DNA of 64,000 nt from Daphnia carinata (Eukaryota), in assembly GCF_022539665.2 (NCBI RefSeq), contig NC_081333.1, forward strand, positions 558,001-622,000, read 5' to 3'. The position numbers and the translations under genes are program-made. This document shows, piece by piece, positions 1-14,789 of the stretch; position 1 is the stretch's first letter; each line of letters begins with the position of its first letter. The notes below the pieces were generated by a model. It made no database searches, was not told the origin of the DNA, and saw nothing but the letters and a program-made list of their open reading frames with translations.

Positions 1-3000
1 GTACACTTCATGCAGTGAAATCAGGAAAGATTAACTCAAATTCACTAACCTCTACCTCCCCTGACGCCGGTGAATTAATTCACAGACTTTTTTCGCATAA
101 ACTTATGAAAATTCAAATTTATTCGAAATCTAAAAGAGCAGCTAATGAAGTTTGTCGCAAATTTGAAGAGACAGGTAATTCAAATCCTTTCTGGAGTCGA
201 TGATTATTTTTTTTTTCAAACCACATTTAGCGAATAAAAAAATATCCATGTAAACAAAACATTTTACTATTGGAAAAAGCAAAAAAAAAAAAATGCCTAT
301 TCAATGAAAGGGCAACAAGTGAACGCGGTCGTAGCAAGTAGAACTTGGTTGCACGAAAGCCGCAAGCTGCACTTATAATGATTCTCGACCCATTACAATC
401 GCGTCCCAAAACCTAAGAGATTAGTTAAAGCTTTTTGCCTGTCAGTCCGGACTATCCCTTTAGTAAACGGAAGAAAACCGTCGTATTTTTCAGTACTGAA
501 CATTGTTCATAGATTAACTGGTTGAAGAAGGGATAGGTGGGGAAATTTTATTGTGCCAAACGGCGTAAATCGCAAATGGCGTACCGCTGTTAGTGAAAAG
601 TTGATACTTCAGAGCTTCACATTCTTAACATGACTCGTAATGAAAAAAGAAATTTTCCCTTTACGAAACGACCAAACTTTTCGTGTTAAAAGGAGATAGA
701 AAAAAATAAAATGCGATCAGATGAATACTTTTTCTACGTTCCTTCGTTTATTTAAAATTATTATTGGAAAGCAAATTCTGTTTATTTTATAATTTTTCGT
801 TGAAACACATTGGCATGTATGTCCACGAATCACTTCAATTCAACACATAGATCCACGAAGGGAAAAAAATTTTAACTTTGCAAACCAAATTAACTAAGCG
901 CGATAAACTGAGTGAGTTGCTCGTACAATTTTCTATTGAAATAAAAAATATACATATATTTTTTACAAATAAAATTGTATACGAATATCAAATTTTTTTT
1001 TCATGATTCTATTTTAACCTTCTAGATGGCGTTCACGAACTGAACTGGAAGCGATACGCCAACCCTGAGCGCCAAAGCCGGCAAACGGCGGTACCAAGTA
1101 CCAATTTAAGCGCTGGTAGGCTTGGCTTTGGCTTTGAGAGTCTTGTTGAAGTGGTTCTTGCGTGTTCAGTAATCGAAAGTTCCCTTGTCCCGGTAAGTTT
1201 TCAATCTATTTCACTTTACATTGTATTAAACTGCACATCGATGTATGTACTTAGTTTTTCAAAGATGTACGTTTCGAGAAATCAACATATTGTTCGAAAA
1301 GAAGTGTCGAAATCTTGCTATTGTTCCCTGCCAAAAAAGAAAAAAGGAAAAAAGGGGGGGGGGAGGGGGTATACACAGACAGTGAAGCAAGTCTATTGCC
1401 CGACAAGCATGGGTGCGTCACATCAGCAGATCGAGGGGAGTAAGAAAAACGGAAAGCACAAAATTGTTTAAAATTTTGCCAGTCTTTTGTTTAAATGGAT
1501 GCCACCTCTTGCTCTTTAGCTAAAGAAATTTCAAATGATGTCGGTGGTTGACACTTTAGTTACATTTCTTTTTGCCCGTGCGTAACTTTTGACGTTTAGT
1601 CAAGTCTTACGTTTTAAACGTAAATGCAAAAAAAGTGTCCAAAATGGCTCCTTTACCTATCTAGCCTCGCGAAGTTGGGCAAAAATCGCTGATAACGGTA
1701 AGGTTTGATTTCGTTAGGACTTGACAGTTGATCAAGCGTGCTAGGAAAAGGTATTTAAAAGTCTCACGACTAGTTTTTTTTGCCGCCATATTTGACCTGT
1801 CACGTGCGCCACTGTTCGAAAGAAAAGGTTTGTCTTATTTATTCTTTACCAAAGCTTATAACAAGACGTAATTTGTGTGCGGGAATGACGGGCGTCATGC
1901 CATAATGTCATCTAGTTTTTGATGATAGCTATCATAACGTAAGCAAAGGTCGAAGAATACATAATGAAACAAACGAAAATCTCGGAACAAGTTGGAATTG
2001 CATTCCAAAGTTTTTTTTTTCTGTTCATTTTCTTTACAGTTTGTTTGAGTCTACGATTTCCTTTAGTGTTCCCCCTTCTTGAGCTAGATTTAGTTTTTAT
2101 TTCAACCCCTACCCTTCAGGCTATAAGTATGGCGTCAAGAGCAAAGGAGGGGGGGGACGAATCGTTGGAAAATCGTAGCGCTAGGGGGAAATGTTGGGAG
2201 TGGGGGGGAGAGGCAGTTGGGTGGGGTCGCTAGACTAAACAGACGCCACCGGTATGCGCACAACAAAACTGACAACGCCGAAATGGATGTTTCGCGATTT
2301 CTTTTCTTGTAGCTGTTTTTCTCTAGTCGGTGGTTGTAGGCGTAGGGTTATTTAAAAGTTAATGAAGGAAGTAATCGTTTTGTTGATAAGATTCTTTTTT
2401 TTTCATGTCCCCGAGATAAGGCAAACATAATGCCCGAAATGCTTCAATGTCCCGCTATGTGTTGCTTTACTTGTCATAATTATCGGTATGAAGCTTGGAC
2501 TGTATCTTATCTAGTACTATAGGCGTGTTGAAACGTTTCGGTCTTCTTTTTATGATAGCGTATCCTTGTTCACATGTAATTTACGTCAATGAAGCAATGT
2601 ACGGAAAATGAGACAAATGATAAATATGTGAGGCTGTTGCTAAAGTTAACGGCGAATGGAAGTCAGAGAAACGATCAATACGGATACCGTGATCGTAACT
2701 CTTTCAAGAGAACCCATGTCTCTCTCCCCTCCCTCCCTGGTTGCCGTTGGAAGTGAGTAATCCCGTAACCATGTGGTGTGATGGTTGCCGTCTCGCACAT
2801 GTTGCTCTCGGGTTTTTGTCTGTTTCAGAAGGGCCTGTCGGTTTGCAAACACCCTCTCACACAACCCCACGTTTTCTCTCTTGTCGTATCGATTTTTGTC
2901 ACGCACACGCAGACTGGCTCTTCCAGATGGGGACGGCGTGTGCGTGCCGGGGGTTGGGGTGTAATACGCCAAACATTTGTTTCTCTCGCTAATTCTTTTC

Positions 3001-5739
3001 AATTTTTTTGACGTTGATTGTGCTATCTTTCCTGCTTGATACATTCTCAGGGCCGGTCTTAACCTTTGCCCGCCTTTCCCTTATGAGTCATCAACTTGCA
3101 TGAGCGATGTAGATCGATTGTTAATCCTCCCACCCAAATTCATTTCTTAAAGAAATGTCTTTATTTGTTGGAACCGGATTCGAAGAGTTTTATTGAATCC
3201 TTTTATTTGTCTTAAATGACTTTCGTTTTGATATGCAACAATAGAAAGATGGGTTGGATATTTGATAGTAGCCTCTTCTCCAATAGTGGACATTTGCAAT
3301 TGCGTCCTTGAAAATTAGCCTCAAGCTATTTGACCTTAAGGCGAAAAATCTTTCCTTGAAAAGAAAAGGGAAAAAAAACTAGCAGTATGTTCCTGTATCC
3401 CTGTGGGTCATCGTTCTCCATTAACTTTTTTTTTTTTTGCTAGCTGGACTTATCCGGCTATTAGGTAATCCTCTTTTAAGTTCGTAGTGGGAATTAAAAG
3501 AAAAGAACTTGTGAATCTATTACAATGTAGAAAGTGATATTTTAGTTTTGATTTCAATCCGGTTCCAAGGTTGTCGCGTTGTAGTTGACAATCTGTTCAA
3601 TTGAACCATCATGCGGATTCAATTCAGCAGAATTGTTTGTCTTCCTCAAGGCCATCGTTTCTATTCTGCCGTCATGGTGATAGAAAAATATGACAAAAAA
3701 AAGGAGCCAGTTTGATGGGAATAAAGCTCAAACTATTATCTGCTTTTGAAATGGTGATTCAAGGCAATCATTCAATTCTGTCGCGTTGTAACGTATTTTT
3801 TGTTTTTTTTTATCGAAAACTGTGATAACATTGTGTCTTGTCATTCAAATTGAACTTGATGATGCTAAAATGTGTTTGCAAAAGAAAGGCAGAAGGTGAG
3901 ACTAGACGAAATATCGTAGCAACAACCCTTATTATTTGGAAGGAAATGAATCAGCGAATCGCCCAAACAAAGTGGGTGGAGTAAAGGGGAGGCGTCGCTG
4001 TGTTGCCAGGTTTTTTGTTCTGATCTTTTTTCCCAGAGCATTCACCCCGCTGGCGGTGTTTTCAATGTTGGAAGGGGGAGAGAGAGACACTCACCCAGTC
4101 TTGTCGTTCACCTCAAACCATTCGGCATTGAAAGTCGCTTTGGTTTCTCAGTGGCATTCTGTTATTTTTTTTTCTTGTATTTTTTTTTTGTTTAATCTCT
4201 TCGTCTTTTTCAATCTCGTAGCGTCGGTGAGATTTGTGTGCCGCAGGCATAGTGTGTTCTATCGCTTCGTCTTGTGTAGAAAAAAAAGAATCTGGCCCGT
4301 GTCTCAACAATCGGTGTGGACCAATGCAGTTTCTCTGAAAAGGTGAATCTTATTAGGTGACACGTGACGAGAACCACGTCATGTGTTGTTAGTTTCTTCT
4401 TCATCAGACAGAACTCGAGGCGGTAAAAAGAACGGTTGAAAAACACTGACACCTGGCGGTATGTTTGTTAGTCGAGTTGGCCAGCAAATTGCATTTGCTA
4501 CATCTGCCGCCTTTTTCCTCTATTCAGCGAAAGCGCGTCGGCTCCCCTGTAGCGTCGGTTGAGAGGTGGGGCATCCAGTCTTGCTTACTACACATTCGTT
4601 TCTTTTTTTTATTTTTCTGCCGAGTACGTGCGTGTGTTTTGTGTGATCGGCAGTCCGGATTCATTCAACTGTCGTATCAACTTCACTGTGGCAGTTTATT
4701 AGCGTAAGTCACTTGTCATCGCTGTTTAAGTAACGGCATCCACTTGAAATTTGTTTCCGTTACGTTGTAGACACGAGTGCACATTTTTTTTTCGTTTGCT
4801 TTAGAAATTTGTCCTTTCATCCGTTCGAGCCACGACGCAAAAAAAAAGCTCCTCGCGTTAGATGACAACCACGTAGAACGTGTCTGCTTTCGGTTGTGTC
4901 AGTGAATTTATCGTCCACCATTTTGTATTTGCTCCTTTATTTTGTAGGGCGATTTTTCAGTTTAGGCAGTGCTTTGTGGTTAGGGGTATAGGAAAGAAAT
5001 GTCTTTTTTTATTAGTCAACGAGCAGGTGCATGTTGAACAGCAGCTCTGAATACGTTGACTCATCGTGATACGATTTCGACTGTGACGTGCATTGATGTC
5101 TTTAACAGCGCAGTCGCCATGTACGACTCAGTTACGAAAAATTTTATTTTTTCCACGTATTTGGTCCGACATACTGGTCGATAAGGATGGCCCAGTCCAA
5201 GTTCCTATTGGCTTGTATGCTTCATTTCCGTTTTGGGTATTTGGTCATCACCCACCGGATGCGGCCAGCACCACGTGGTTTTCATTCCTCTCCTTGTACT
5301 CGTCTTTCTTTAGCCTCTTTTCAAGTCGGGTTCATTGCTCCATGTCGGCTCCTCAGTAACACCAATGCACGCACGAGTTACCCAGAAAGTACTGATCGAG
5401 ACCGTGTTCTGTTTTTTTATTTTTACTAGACTACGAACAAAAAAAAAAAGCCGATTCTCCCATCAACTTGTGTTTAGCTTTAGGCGTCAAGTCTACATCT
5501 GTAGCGAATCACTTTTGTGTCTTGTCTGTACAGGTTGTCTTGTGTTTCTAATTGTGTTTTTTCTTTTGCTGTAGGTAAAATTTGGAGTGACGACAGCGAG
5601 ACGCCCGAGCGTGACGACGACACCAGTCGATTGAAAATACAAATTTTGGAAGAGCGTCCGTGCATCGTTAACCCTCATCTTTTAAGAATAAAAAAGAAAC
5701 CGTCTTTCGTTAAACGAACAGAAGAAGAAAAAAACAAAC

Positions 5740-8700
5740 ATGGGTTTGAGACAGAGCAAGCGGTCGGTTGATATTTCCGGGTCACCTAAAAAGGAGGCAC
5801 CTGCTGCCGTGGTTGAGAAAATTCCACAATCCAACGATGCCCCAAATCAGACAATAGAAAATACTGAAGAAGAGGTTAAGACTCCCATCAATGGCGAAGC
5901 CAAGACTACAGAGCCAGCTGATTTGGTAAATACAAACAATAATAAAACATCAATTGATTTTGTCTTTTGTTGTTACCAATTTGTTTTTCTAATAGGACAA
6001 GAGCATTCAAGAGGACGTCAAGGATAAAAGCGTGACGGAAGCAGCGAACGATAGCAAAGTCGAAGAATCTCCATCATCTCAAAAGGACGAGAAAAAAGAA
6101 AAGGTCAAGAAGAAGCGATCGTTCCGAACATTCAGCTTCTTAAGACGAGAGAAGAAAACGAAGGAAGAAAACAACAAAAATGGAGATGTTGCTAAAGAGG
6201 TAGGTCAAGATTTTCTCTTTTTTTTCACCCTTCTTAAAGCGTATGTCAATTCGAGCCTTTCCTGTCCGATTTCGGCATCCTCCGTTTCCATCTTCTCCGG
6301 TTTAACTTAAACTATTTGTTCCTTATTCTCCTACTGTAACTGGAGCAAGTGCCTTCCCCTTACTTGTCGAAGTAGATTGAACAAACGGCTTTACTGCACT
6401 CTTGAAGGATCAGGTTTCCGTTGTAAACATTTCGTTTTGAATGGCAGTTTAACAGCGTTTGACACAATATCCTTTACGTAGTAATGCCAAGGGTAACTTG
6501 TTTCTCTAAAGACGTTAGGCTACGAACTGACCAAAAGATGTCGCGAAAGGGTTTTTGCGCACACGTTTTTCCTTTTTTTTTTTTTTTTTTTGCGAAAAGA
6601 GTAAAGTATTGATTTATCGAGAGTATGCGAGGAAGTAGAAAGCGTGCGCTACTTGATGTATCGCGTGTCGAGAAATTGTCGAGATCAGTAAGGAGAGCAA
6701 AAGAAAAAGAGTGGGGGGATTGGACGAACGTGGGTAGCATTTACGACTTTGGCTAGACGCGTTTATTGATCGCGTTGCGGAGAAGAGTTAAGTTGTACTC
6801 TTGAGTTTAAACGTGCTCTTGTATCTTCGTCGCTATTGCCAAAATGATCTGTATGACGTTGTTGGCATATTATTCTTCTCGTGATTGCAATCACGCTTAT
6901 TCACCCGTGCATTCCGTTGGATTGTGGCAACTTCCTTTCACATGGAATTTGGCATTTTTTGTTGTTTTTTGCACAATATGCGGTGCATTCCGCACCGTGA
7001 TTGTCCCACCCACGTTTGTATGTTTCCAGTTATGGGCTCTGGTTAAGTCTGGTTGGGCGAATGAAGTTGATTGGCCGACCATGTGGTGCCATCTGCAATC
7101 GGTATTGTCTGCTGGGCCGAAGAGAGGGTCATTGCGATGCTCTCCTGCTAATCGTTTCGTTCACTTACTGCGTCAATCAATTAAGATCCGCATTAACTAA
7201 CGTAACTAATGATTGTCTGCAATGAAGCAGTTTGGCTTTTACGTTCTTTTTCTTCTTCTCTCCAATTAGATCGAGTGAGTTCTTTTTCGGTGCAACGGCT
7301 ATGGCTTTAATGCACCTGCAATGCAGGTGCACGAGGCAGTTTTTATTCATTTATTTTTGTATTTCGCCACTAGGTAGCTAAGGGACACGAATTCAAGCAC
7401 CAATATGGTGATGAACTTTGGACATCTTAAAAAAAAACTTTCTTTTGGTCAAGGTGTAAAGAATGTTGGTTTTTAAGTTGTAGGCTTAAAAAGTCGAAAC
7501 ACGGGGCATTGTAACGGTTGATATGAATCAAACTAAGCAAAGTATCCCCTCTTATTTCAAAAGTCAATCCATAAAAGGAGGGCTAGAATAGAGGGAAAAA
7601 GAACCTTTCCTGATACGCGCCTGCTGTTTGTGGCATTTTGAAAAATATCGGTGTGCGCACAGGTGAAAGCGCCGACATTAGGAGAGAACTTGTTAGGAAA
7701 TTGGAATGCAGCTGAAAATTCCTCTCGACGTCTCGTGTTGTCTATTATTTAAACAATAGATCCAAAGTTTTCGTAGCGATTTCCAGGCCACGTCCTTGGT
7801 TGAGAACGTCGTTCGAGGTTAGCCAAGACAAGTCTAGACATCTTCCATCGTTCAGTGAAATCGAAAACGAATTGTGACGCGGGCAAGAAGGGGGGGGGGA
7901 GAAAGCTTATACTATGTACGGATTATCGATTGCCGCGGTAGAGACAGAAAAAGAAATCGTGAGTTGATGCAAAAAATAAAAAAAGAAAGGAATGTGACAT
8001 GGAAGTTTTTTGTTTTGTTTTTTTAGTTTGGGGGGTTGGGTTGGCTGACGTTGTCCATTGGTGTGACCAATCCGTTCGTTTGTTACGTCGGGTTCGGTTG
8101 AGTTGGACATGGCCAACGTCCGGCCGAATCATAAAAGGTAATTGAAAACGGCCTTGTGCGCAGTGAGGCCAGTGTTGCGGGATGTTAGAAAACGATGGCG
8201 GACTCGCACAGTCCCAATATGAATGAATATTTTTGCTTTTTTAAAAGCTTTCGGCGTGTGTGTTTTGTGCCGCGGGAGATGCGGTGGAATGCAACACTAG
8301 AACCAAGGCCACACTGCGCAGTTTATATTTGTATTTTCCTTTTTGAAATCGTTAGGGACGAGTCGAAAGAGGTTTTGTCCAGTTGGCCCACAGGCTAATA
8401 ATCCGTACGCGTGTGTAGACATTGGAGCGGCCTGTATGTGTGTGAGCCACTTGACTCGGCCATACCAAACTTTAAGAGGCAGGAAAAGGGTGATGTGTCT
8501 ATGGAGAGTTACTATACTCTACAACGACCGTTACGCTTTTGGAATGCTGAACGTCGCCATGTTGAAATGGGAACTCTGTCGTTTATCGTTAGAGGGGATG
8601 GGGGGGGGGAGACTAGTAGATGAGTTGTATCCCCATAAATAGACCCCGCGCTTGCAAGAGGAAAAAAGAAGTTTGAAAATAAAAATTGGTTTGACCACTT

Positions 8701-10290
8701 TAGACCATATCAGTCGGCAAATAGTTGCAGGCTGTTTTGCATGCCAGACGTGACGAATAAACATTAGTTGAGTGTTCTTTGCCGAATTTTGCGTTGCGAA
8801 CAAGGTGGAAAATGTTGAACAGAAAAATGTCATCGAAAAATACGTTTAAACCTGGGGATTATAGACAAACGACTAACGGATGAGAAAAGGGTCAGGGCTA
8901 CTCGGTTTAGCTTTTTTTTTTAAGGAGGGTATTCAGTGTGTGTGAGAGGCTTTGGTTCTATTCCGTACTACGCATTTTGAACACGGTATCGAGGTCTTTG
9001 AAACCGAGCTAAAGGCATGTGAGGATATACGTAACTACAAACCTTTAGAACACACCCCCTTTTCTTCCTCGCGTTGCATACAGCGACGCACATAGCGAAC
9101 GCGACGCGTTCTCCGACTGCCAGTCGCTTGTCTCAGTCAGCATTCGACCTCTTGTACAAGCACTAGCTATTGCCATTCACTCCCTTCTTAATACCTACTT
9201 CGAAATGGAATCGGTAAAGTTTAAGTTCATTCAGCTATTCTTCAATGTCTCTCTTTTAAGATTTTGAATTCATTGTGTTTCGAGTACAAAATATTGAATT
9301 TCATTTCGTTGTTTAGCCTAAAACCGAAAATGCTGAACAAGTTGCCGATGTTGCACCCGTCGCCGCTGCCGAATCGACTTCCGTGGAAGAACCCGTTGCA
9401 GTCGCAGCTGAAGTTAGCTCCGAGGAAACGGCCGCTCCCGTCAAGGTATTTTTGGGCCTCATTAGCCAACCTGAATCGTATACCCCCTTTTGTGGTGCCA
9501 GCAAAAGATGTCACACGCTACTTCCTCATATTTATATTTTTCTTATTGAAATAAGGATGACTCTGCAGCCGTAGAAGAAGAGAAACAGGAAACCACACCT
9601 GATGTTGCCCCGGCTGCCGAGGAAGTCGCAACGCCAGCTGCTGAAGAGCCCAAACAGGAGGAAGCGGCAGCTCCAGTCGAAGAAGCTGTGGCATCTGAAG
9701 TTGAAACTCAACCCGCTCAACCAGTAAGTTTAAAAGAACAAGAAATAATAAAAAAACCAGACATGGGTTTTCGGGTGTGGTGAAAGACGGTCGCCCTCGA
9801 GTGGCGCAGTTTTTACTCGTCTGTCGCCATCTTGAGCATTTCACACCGCGCACCAAGGGCGTTTGCCTTTCTCAGAAAATTCCCAATCGATTCCGATGAA
9901 TAATTTTCTACAATGTAAATTCGATCGAAAATTAGTCTTTGGTCTAAAGAGAAAATGGCGATGTGGGTGAAGAAATTGGGCAGCCTCGAACTGGGGTTTA
10001 AAATAATTGTAATTAAATGTATGAAAACTCTTCTTTTAGGAGGCAGAAGCTAGTGATCCAGCACCGGCTTCTGAAGAGGCTCCTGCTGAGGAAGTTGCCG
10101 TTGAAACAAATGAACAGGAATCTGCTCAGCCCATTATTGAAGCCGAGCCCGTCCAGGTACTGACTTGCAATAGTTTCATCTGTGTGTCTATCCTATTAAC
10201 ATTTGAATTTTCATTGAATCGTAGGAAAGCGAAAAGAAGACAGAAGTAGCTTCCGAAAACTCCGAAACGGTGCAAGCTAGCGAAGAATGA
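5740..10290 (+). CDS. Akap200: Akap200/MARCKS-like myristoylated acidic protein, about 6 coding exons (approx. 5740-5925, 5996-6199, 9318-9445, 9556-9723, 10040-10156, 10225-10290)
   Basis: N-terminus MGLRQSKRSVDI has Gly2/Ser6 myristoylation spacing and resembles my recollection of the Drosophila Akap200 N-terminus. Basic effector segment KKEKVKKKRSFRTFSFLRREKK follows. Downstream exons are Glu/Ala/Pro-rich, joined by GT-AG introns in frame, ending TGA at 10288-10290. Confidence 0.75.
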
Positions 10291-12837
10291 AGCTGTTCAA
10301 CTTCACCGGATAGCGTTCATTTTAAACAAACAAAAAAAAAATAAATTTTACACATACTCCTCACCCTTTCCTCTCCCTACTCTGATATTTTGTTTCCTGA
10401 TATTTGGTCAGTTTCTGTATCCCTGCCCTTCTCGATTCTTTTTCCCTTTCCACCACCTTTTGTATTACTTCCATTATTAGAGAATAGTTTGCCGCCGATT
10501 TTGCCAAGTGTTCTGCTTGAATGAAGGGAAGTATTAGGATTTTAAGAAGAGAAGTCCCTCTTTTTAAAACTGATTCGAGATCATCATCGTATGTGGGTTT
10601 TTTTTTTTTCTTTGGCTTCATTCGCCATTTTAATGGTAGAAATAAAGTCAGTTGTTTCTCGCAACACATTTAGCGCCCCCCTCTGATAACGTTCCGTGTT
10701 CGTAGTACTTCCATCTCCCTTTGCTCTGAGCTAATAATCCTATTTCCGTTCGAAAATTTATGATTTTTTCTCTTAATATTGTCGTGGTAACATACGTTTC
10801 GACAGATATCGAAGTAACGCAATCGGAACACTCTTGTGTGATATTGGTTATCAATTTCTCATGGTGCCGATGCCTAAAATTGAAAAAAAAAAAATGAAAT
10901 TAAAAAAAAATTGCGCATCGTTGTAGCACCAGTGATGATGGGTGCTTTGAAAAGAAAAAAGAAGGCAGCTTTTTGTATCCGAGTAGAATGATAAGAAGAA
11001 AAAAAAAATCTTTTGATTTAAACGCTTTTGAATGAAGCTACCCGCCCCCCTCCCGCTCTCCGCATAATATTTTCTTTCTAAATGTCAGACAACACGGGTC
11101 GCTCGACCAAATGGCAAAATGTCCATACTCTCGCACATCTCGTTTTACGCTTGCAAATTGCTATCTACTATCTAAAGGAAATCTGCCTCTACGCTTCCAT
11201 GGTTTTCATCTTTGCTCATCTTCAATACAGCCTTGGCTCGAACAGTATTTTCTCACAAAGGTTTGGGCTTCAGAACACGGAATTTATGTCTTCTATCGTC
11301 TACCTACCCATCCTTCTGAGAGACATAGGAACTACACTTCCACCCTTGAAAAGTCTTCACTTTCTTTTGTTTACTTGGCCTTTTTGTACCGCTTGTACCA
11401 ACGTCTGCATAGCCAATACATTTTTTGTATATAAATAACTTTTTTGCCATTGCATCGATTTTCGTGTTTCCTACTAATTTGCTGGTTTTTACGATATGTG
11501 GTCGTTAGTTACAAGTCCATTATCTGAAGCTATTCTTACTTTTCCTTCATGTCGGCTTTATCGTCTGATTATTGCCAAGTCTTTCACAAAGTAAATTTTT
11601 ATGCAACCATTTTTCTTTCGACCAATTGTGTTTGCCCTGGCCAATTTTTTTCCACGTGTCTCGGAATGTTGTTTGCCCAGGGGAAAGCGAATTTGCAGTT
11701 GATTCGGAGCAAAAGATATTTTTACAAACGGCAATTTCTGCTCAACGACCGCCTCGCGTGACAAAAAAGAACGTACGAAATCATTAATTTACGCCTTTCT
11801 TGTAGACGTCTCATGTTTTATCAATGAGAGATTTTTACAACTTAACCCAAACTTGTGCATTGTCCTTAACAAATCGCCATTTTTGTTTTGGAAATCGGGC
11901 GTTGCCTTTTCCACTCGACGAAAGAATTCTCGTAATTTTCAACCTGTTCTCTAATGTAAATATCACATTTTTTTCCTTATCCCGATGCAGGCGGACTGGC
12001 ACGTCAGGTAATTTCCATATTACCTGCTAGCTTGATCGACAACGTTGTTGGAATACGTAGAAGGTGAGTCATCGTTTTGACGCAGCGATACCAGGCATTT
12101 TTGTTGTTGTTCTTCTCCTTGTGTATCTGCTTTCATTGATCCAATTTTCCTATTAGATTAGGACTAAGCGTTTGATTACGTTAATATTTGTTACAAATCT
12201 TGCATGACTCCTTGTCAAAGATAATGAAAAGCTTGAAAAGAACCACAGGTAGTTTCAGTTTGCAGCGAATCAATTGAAGACCTGTTCCACTCGCAGCGGC
12301 ACGTTTCCACAACTCACGAAAGCAAATAATCGTGAAATGATATGGAAAACCAAAACAAACTTTCGGCACCTTTGGATAAATCACGGCATGGCCTAACCAC
12401 GTGTCACTATTTATTTTTGTACAGCTTCTCTGTTGCTACTTGTGGGGCTGTGTCTAAATCGCAGCAATATCTAAAAGTGTTTGCGTAACACTTTCAAGTT
12501 GTGTACACGTTCCCTTAAGACGAAACTAACGGAGAGCTTAAAAATAGTAACGAGACATTCAATTTGATGAACTGAACTGTACCAGTACTTTATTGGATCG
12601 GGAAAAAAAAAGGGAGAATAGAAAAACATCGGAACGATAAATTAAATAAATTAAATTGAAGTCGAGATTAATTTAAAATGATACCCCCCTAAAAGGAAAA
12701 CCGAATAGTGACCTCCCTTTAGCCGAATATGGCAAGTAAAAAATAAATAAATAAATAATTCTAAAATTGAAACGTCAAAAGAACTTGTCTTCTTGAAAAC
12801 TTAACGGGAAAATGATTGTCAAAAGCAGAGTGCTTTT

Positions 12838-14789
12838 CTAATCGAACGCTGCCTCTGGCATCGGTAAATTATGATTGATCATGTCGCTGTTGTTGTTCAT
12901 GTCTTCGTTAGCCACCGTGAGACGTGCTACACCTTCTTCAAGCGAGGTGAAACCTATATGGCATTTACAGAAAAATGTAATACATTTCCAATCAAATATT
13001 ACGACGTGACCTTTTTCTGTATTTCAAAATGAATAAAAATTGTTTTACCTAGTTCCTCGGTGCTATTGTAAGAGATCCGTCGATCACGCCAGTTTGTTAT
13101 ATTTTCAGACCGCGAACTTGGTACGGATGACTCTCTCCTCAACGCCGGCCGTCCAGATCCTCGTTGGTGAATTTTTTTTAAATGTAAATTTAAAATAAGT
13201 CTGAATACAATTTTGAATTGGTAATTACTTCGCGTGACCGGTGAGGTAATTGAAGTTTCCGATTCGTTTGCATCAGATGCCACCCTGTTTTAAAAAAACA
13301 TTCGTGAATATAATAAGGACATCATGTGCAGTTTTTCACTTAAAATGAAATTCCAAGTTAAATACTGAAACCAATTTAGAATTTGTTGATTGTGCACTGG
13401 TTGATAGTTTTACATATTCTAATCTAGAATCCCATTGGCATGATTTTAATTACTTTAAATTTCGTTTCCAATCGAAGTTTAATGACCCCGTTTCCTCATG
13501 GCCTTGACTATTAGGCAAAACGTCAAAACTTTCAATACATGTGAACTGTATGTTGCTTAGCTACGTTCAACCTGAGCTTCTTTTAGACTCTACGAATACG
13601 TATGGCTATTGTTTAACGTGAAAATATAAATAGAAAAAATGGGGAAAAGCTTGGCGCTAGTAATTAGACGAGAGACAACGGAAAAACAGATTTAAATAAA
13701 CAAGAATTACGTTGCTGGTTTTTCGGGTTGGCGGTTACGCGTCGTGTTGTTTTCAGACGGTTTTTTGGCATCTTTGTAACAATTACGTTGATTGTTGCCT
13801 TGGTTAGGCCAAATGTCATTCTCTCTGGTTTCAGACGAAATCATTTGCTCGCTCATACGTCGGTTGCGCACATAATCGCGGCACTGCATACAACAATAAT
13901 GAGTTAATGAAAGTATGGCCGGAAATAGAATTATTCTGCCGCAACTAGCGCTGCTTTCAAGTGTGGACTATCACTCAAATTTTACAGCCAATAAACTCGA
14001 AATAACTCTCGTTTAAAACTCGCGTGAAACGATTGTTATTTATGGTTGTGCTACTTACTGCCGAATATTTTCTGGGTGGCTGGTAATTTGCGAAACCGCA
14101 GTACTTTGACGACGTATCACTTGTCCATGATGAGTTGGATGTCGTTGAAGTCCTCCTAGAATTGTTGCTACTGCCAATACTCATTTCGCTACCCTGAGAT
14201 GATGTGCTGTGCTTGCGACGCGCTGCTGGACTAATAGGCGAACAAAAGGCTCCCTCACGTAGCCGATCAGTTAAATAGGAAAACACTGGATCGGGTGGAG
14301 GCAAATCATTCTGCCAGGAGTTTAATGTATATTTTATCAATTTTTCAATTGCTGCGTTATATAAATTTATGAATTGATAAGGATGATTTGTCATACCTCT
14401 GATAGCCGTTGTGGACGAAAGTCAGTTGTTACAGGCACGCTAGGGAGTGTGACTGGCTTAATTCTGCGTGATTCTTTAGCCGCACGAGCATTTGCATTTG
14501 TTTCCTTTTGGCTTGTTTCGGTAGCCGTACTGCTATTTTTTTCTTCGTTCGCTGGAGTAACACGTGTCTTTGTACGTTGCGTGGCTTCTAAGCTGAAATT
14601 CTCAGCGTTCTTCTTATCATTCTCGATTTCCTGCGTGTGCCGCACAAAATGAATTGACTGATATGGCTAGAAAAAATAATGTATTTAATCAATAAAACTT
14701 ACCTGATACCGTTGTGTTATAGAAGCGTTTTTCCGGCGCATTTCTTCTATTTTCTGATTGATGGCCGCTTCGCGCTCCTCTTTCGACAT
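12838..14789 (-). CDS. CCDC9: CCDC9-family coiled-coil protein (multi-exon)
   Basis: First exon MSKEEREAAINQKIEEMRRKNASITQRYQ splices to EIENDKKNAE, matching the CCDC9 N-terminal pattern SKEE...IE..RRKN....RYQEIE.D.K.AE. A PPPDP motif follows. Last exon ends ...MPEAAFD* at 12838. Internal exon choice is uncertain. Confidence 0.65.

Noticed and set aside
1..415. Possible exons of a minus-strand gene diverging from the Akap200-like promoter
   Set aside because: A splice-acceptor-like site exists near 412, but no recognisable protein sequence; cannot be supported from this window.
1151..5574. Numerous 60-136 aa ORFs upstream of the Akap200-like start
   Set aside because: Low-complexity F/K-rich translations of T/A tracts; consistent with 5' UTR introns, no motifs.
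10361..12384. Short ORFs downstream of the Akap200-like stop
   Set aside because: Likely long 3' UTR; no domain-like content.
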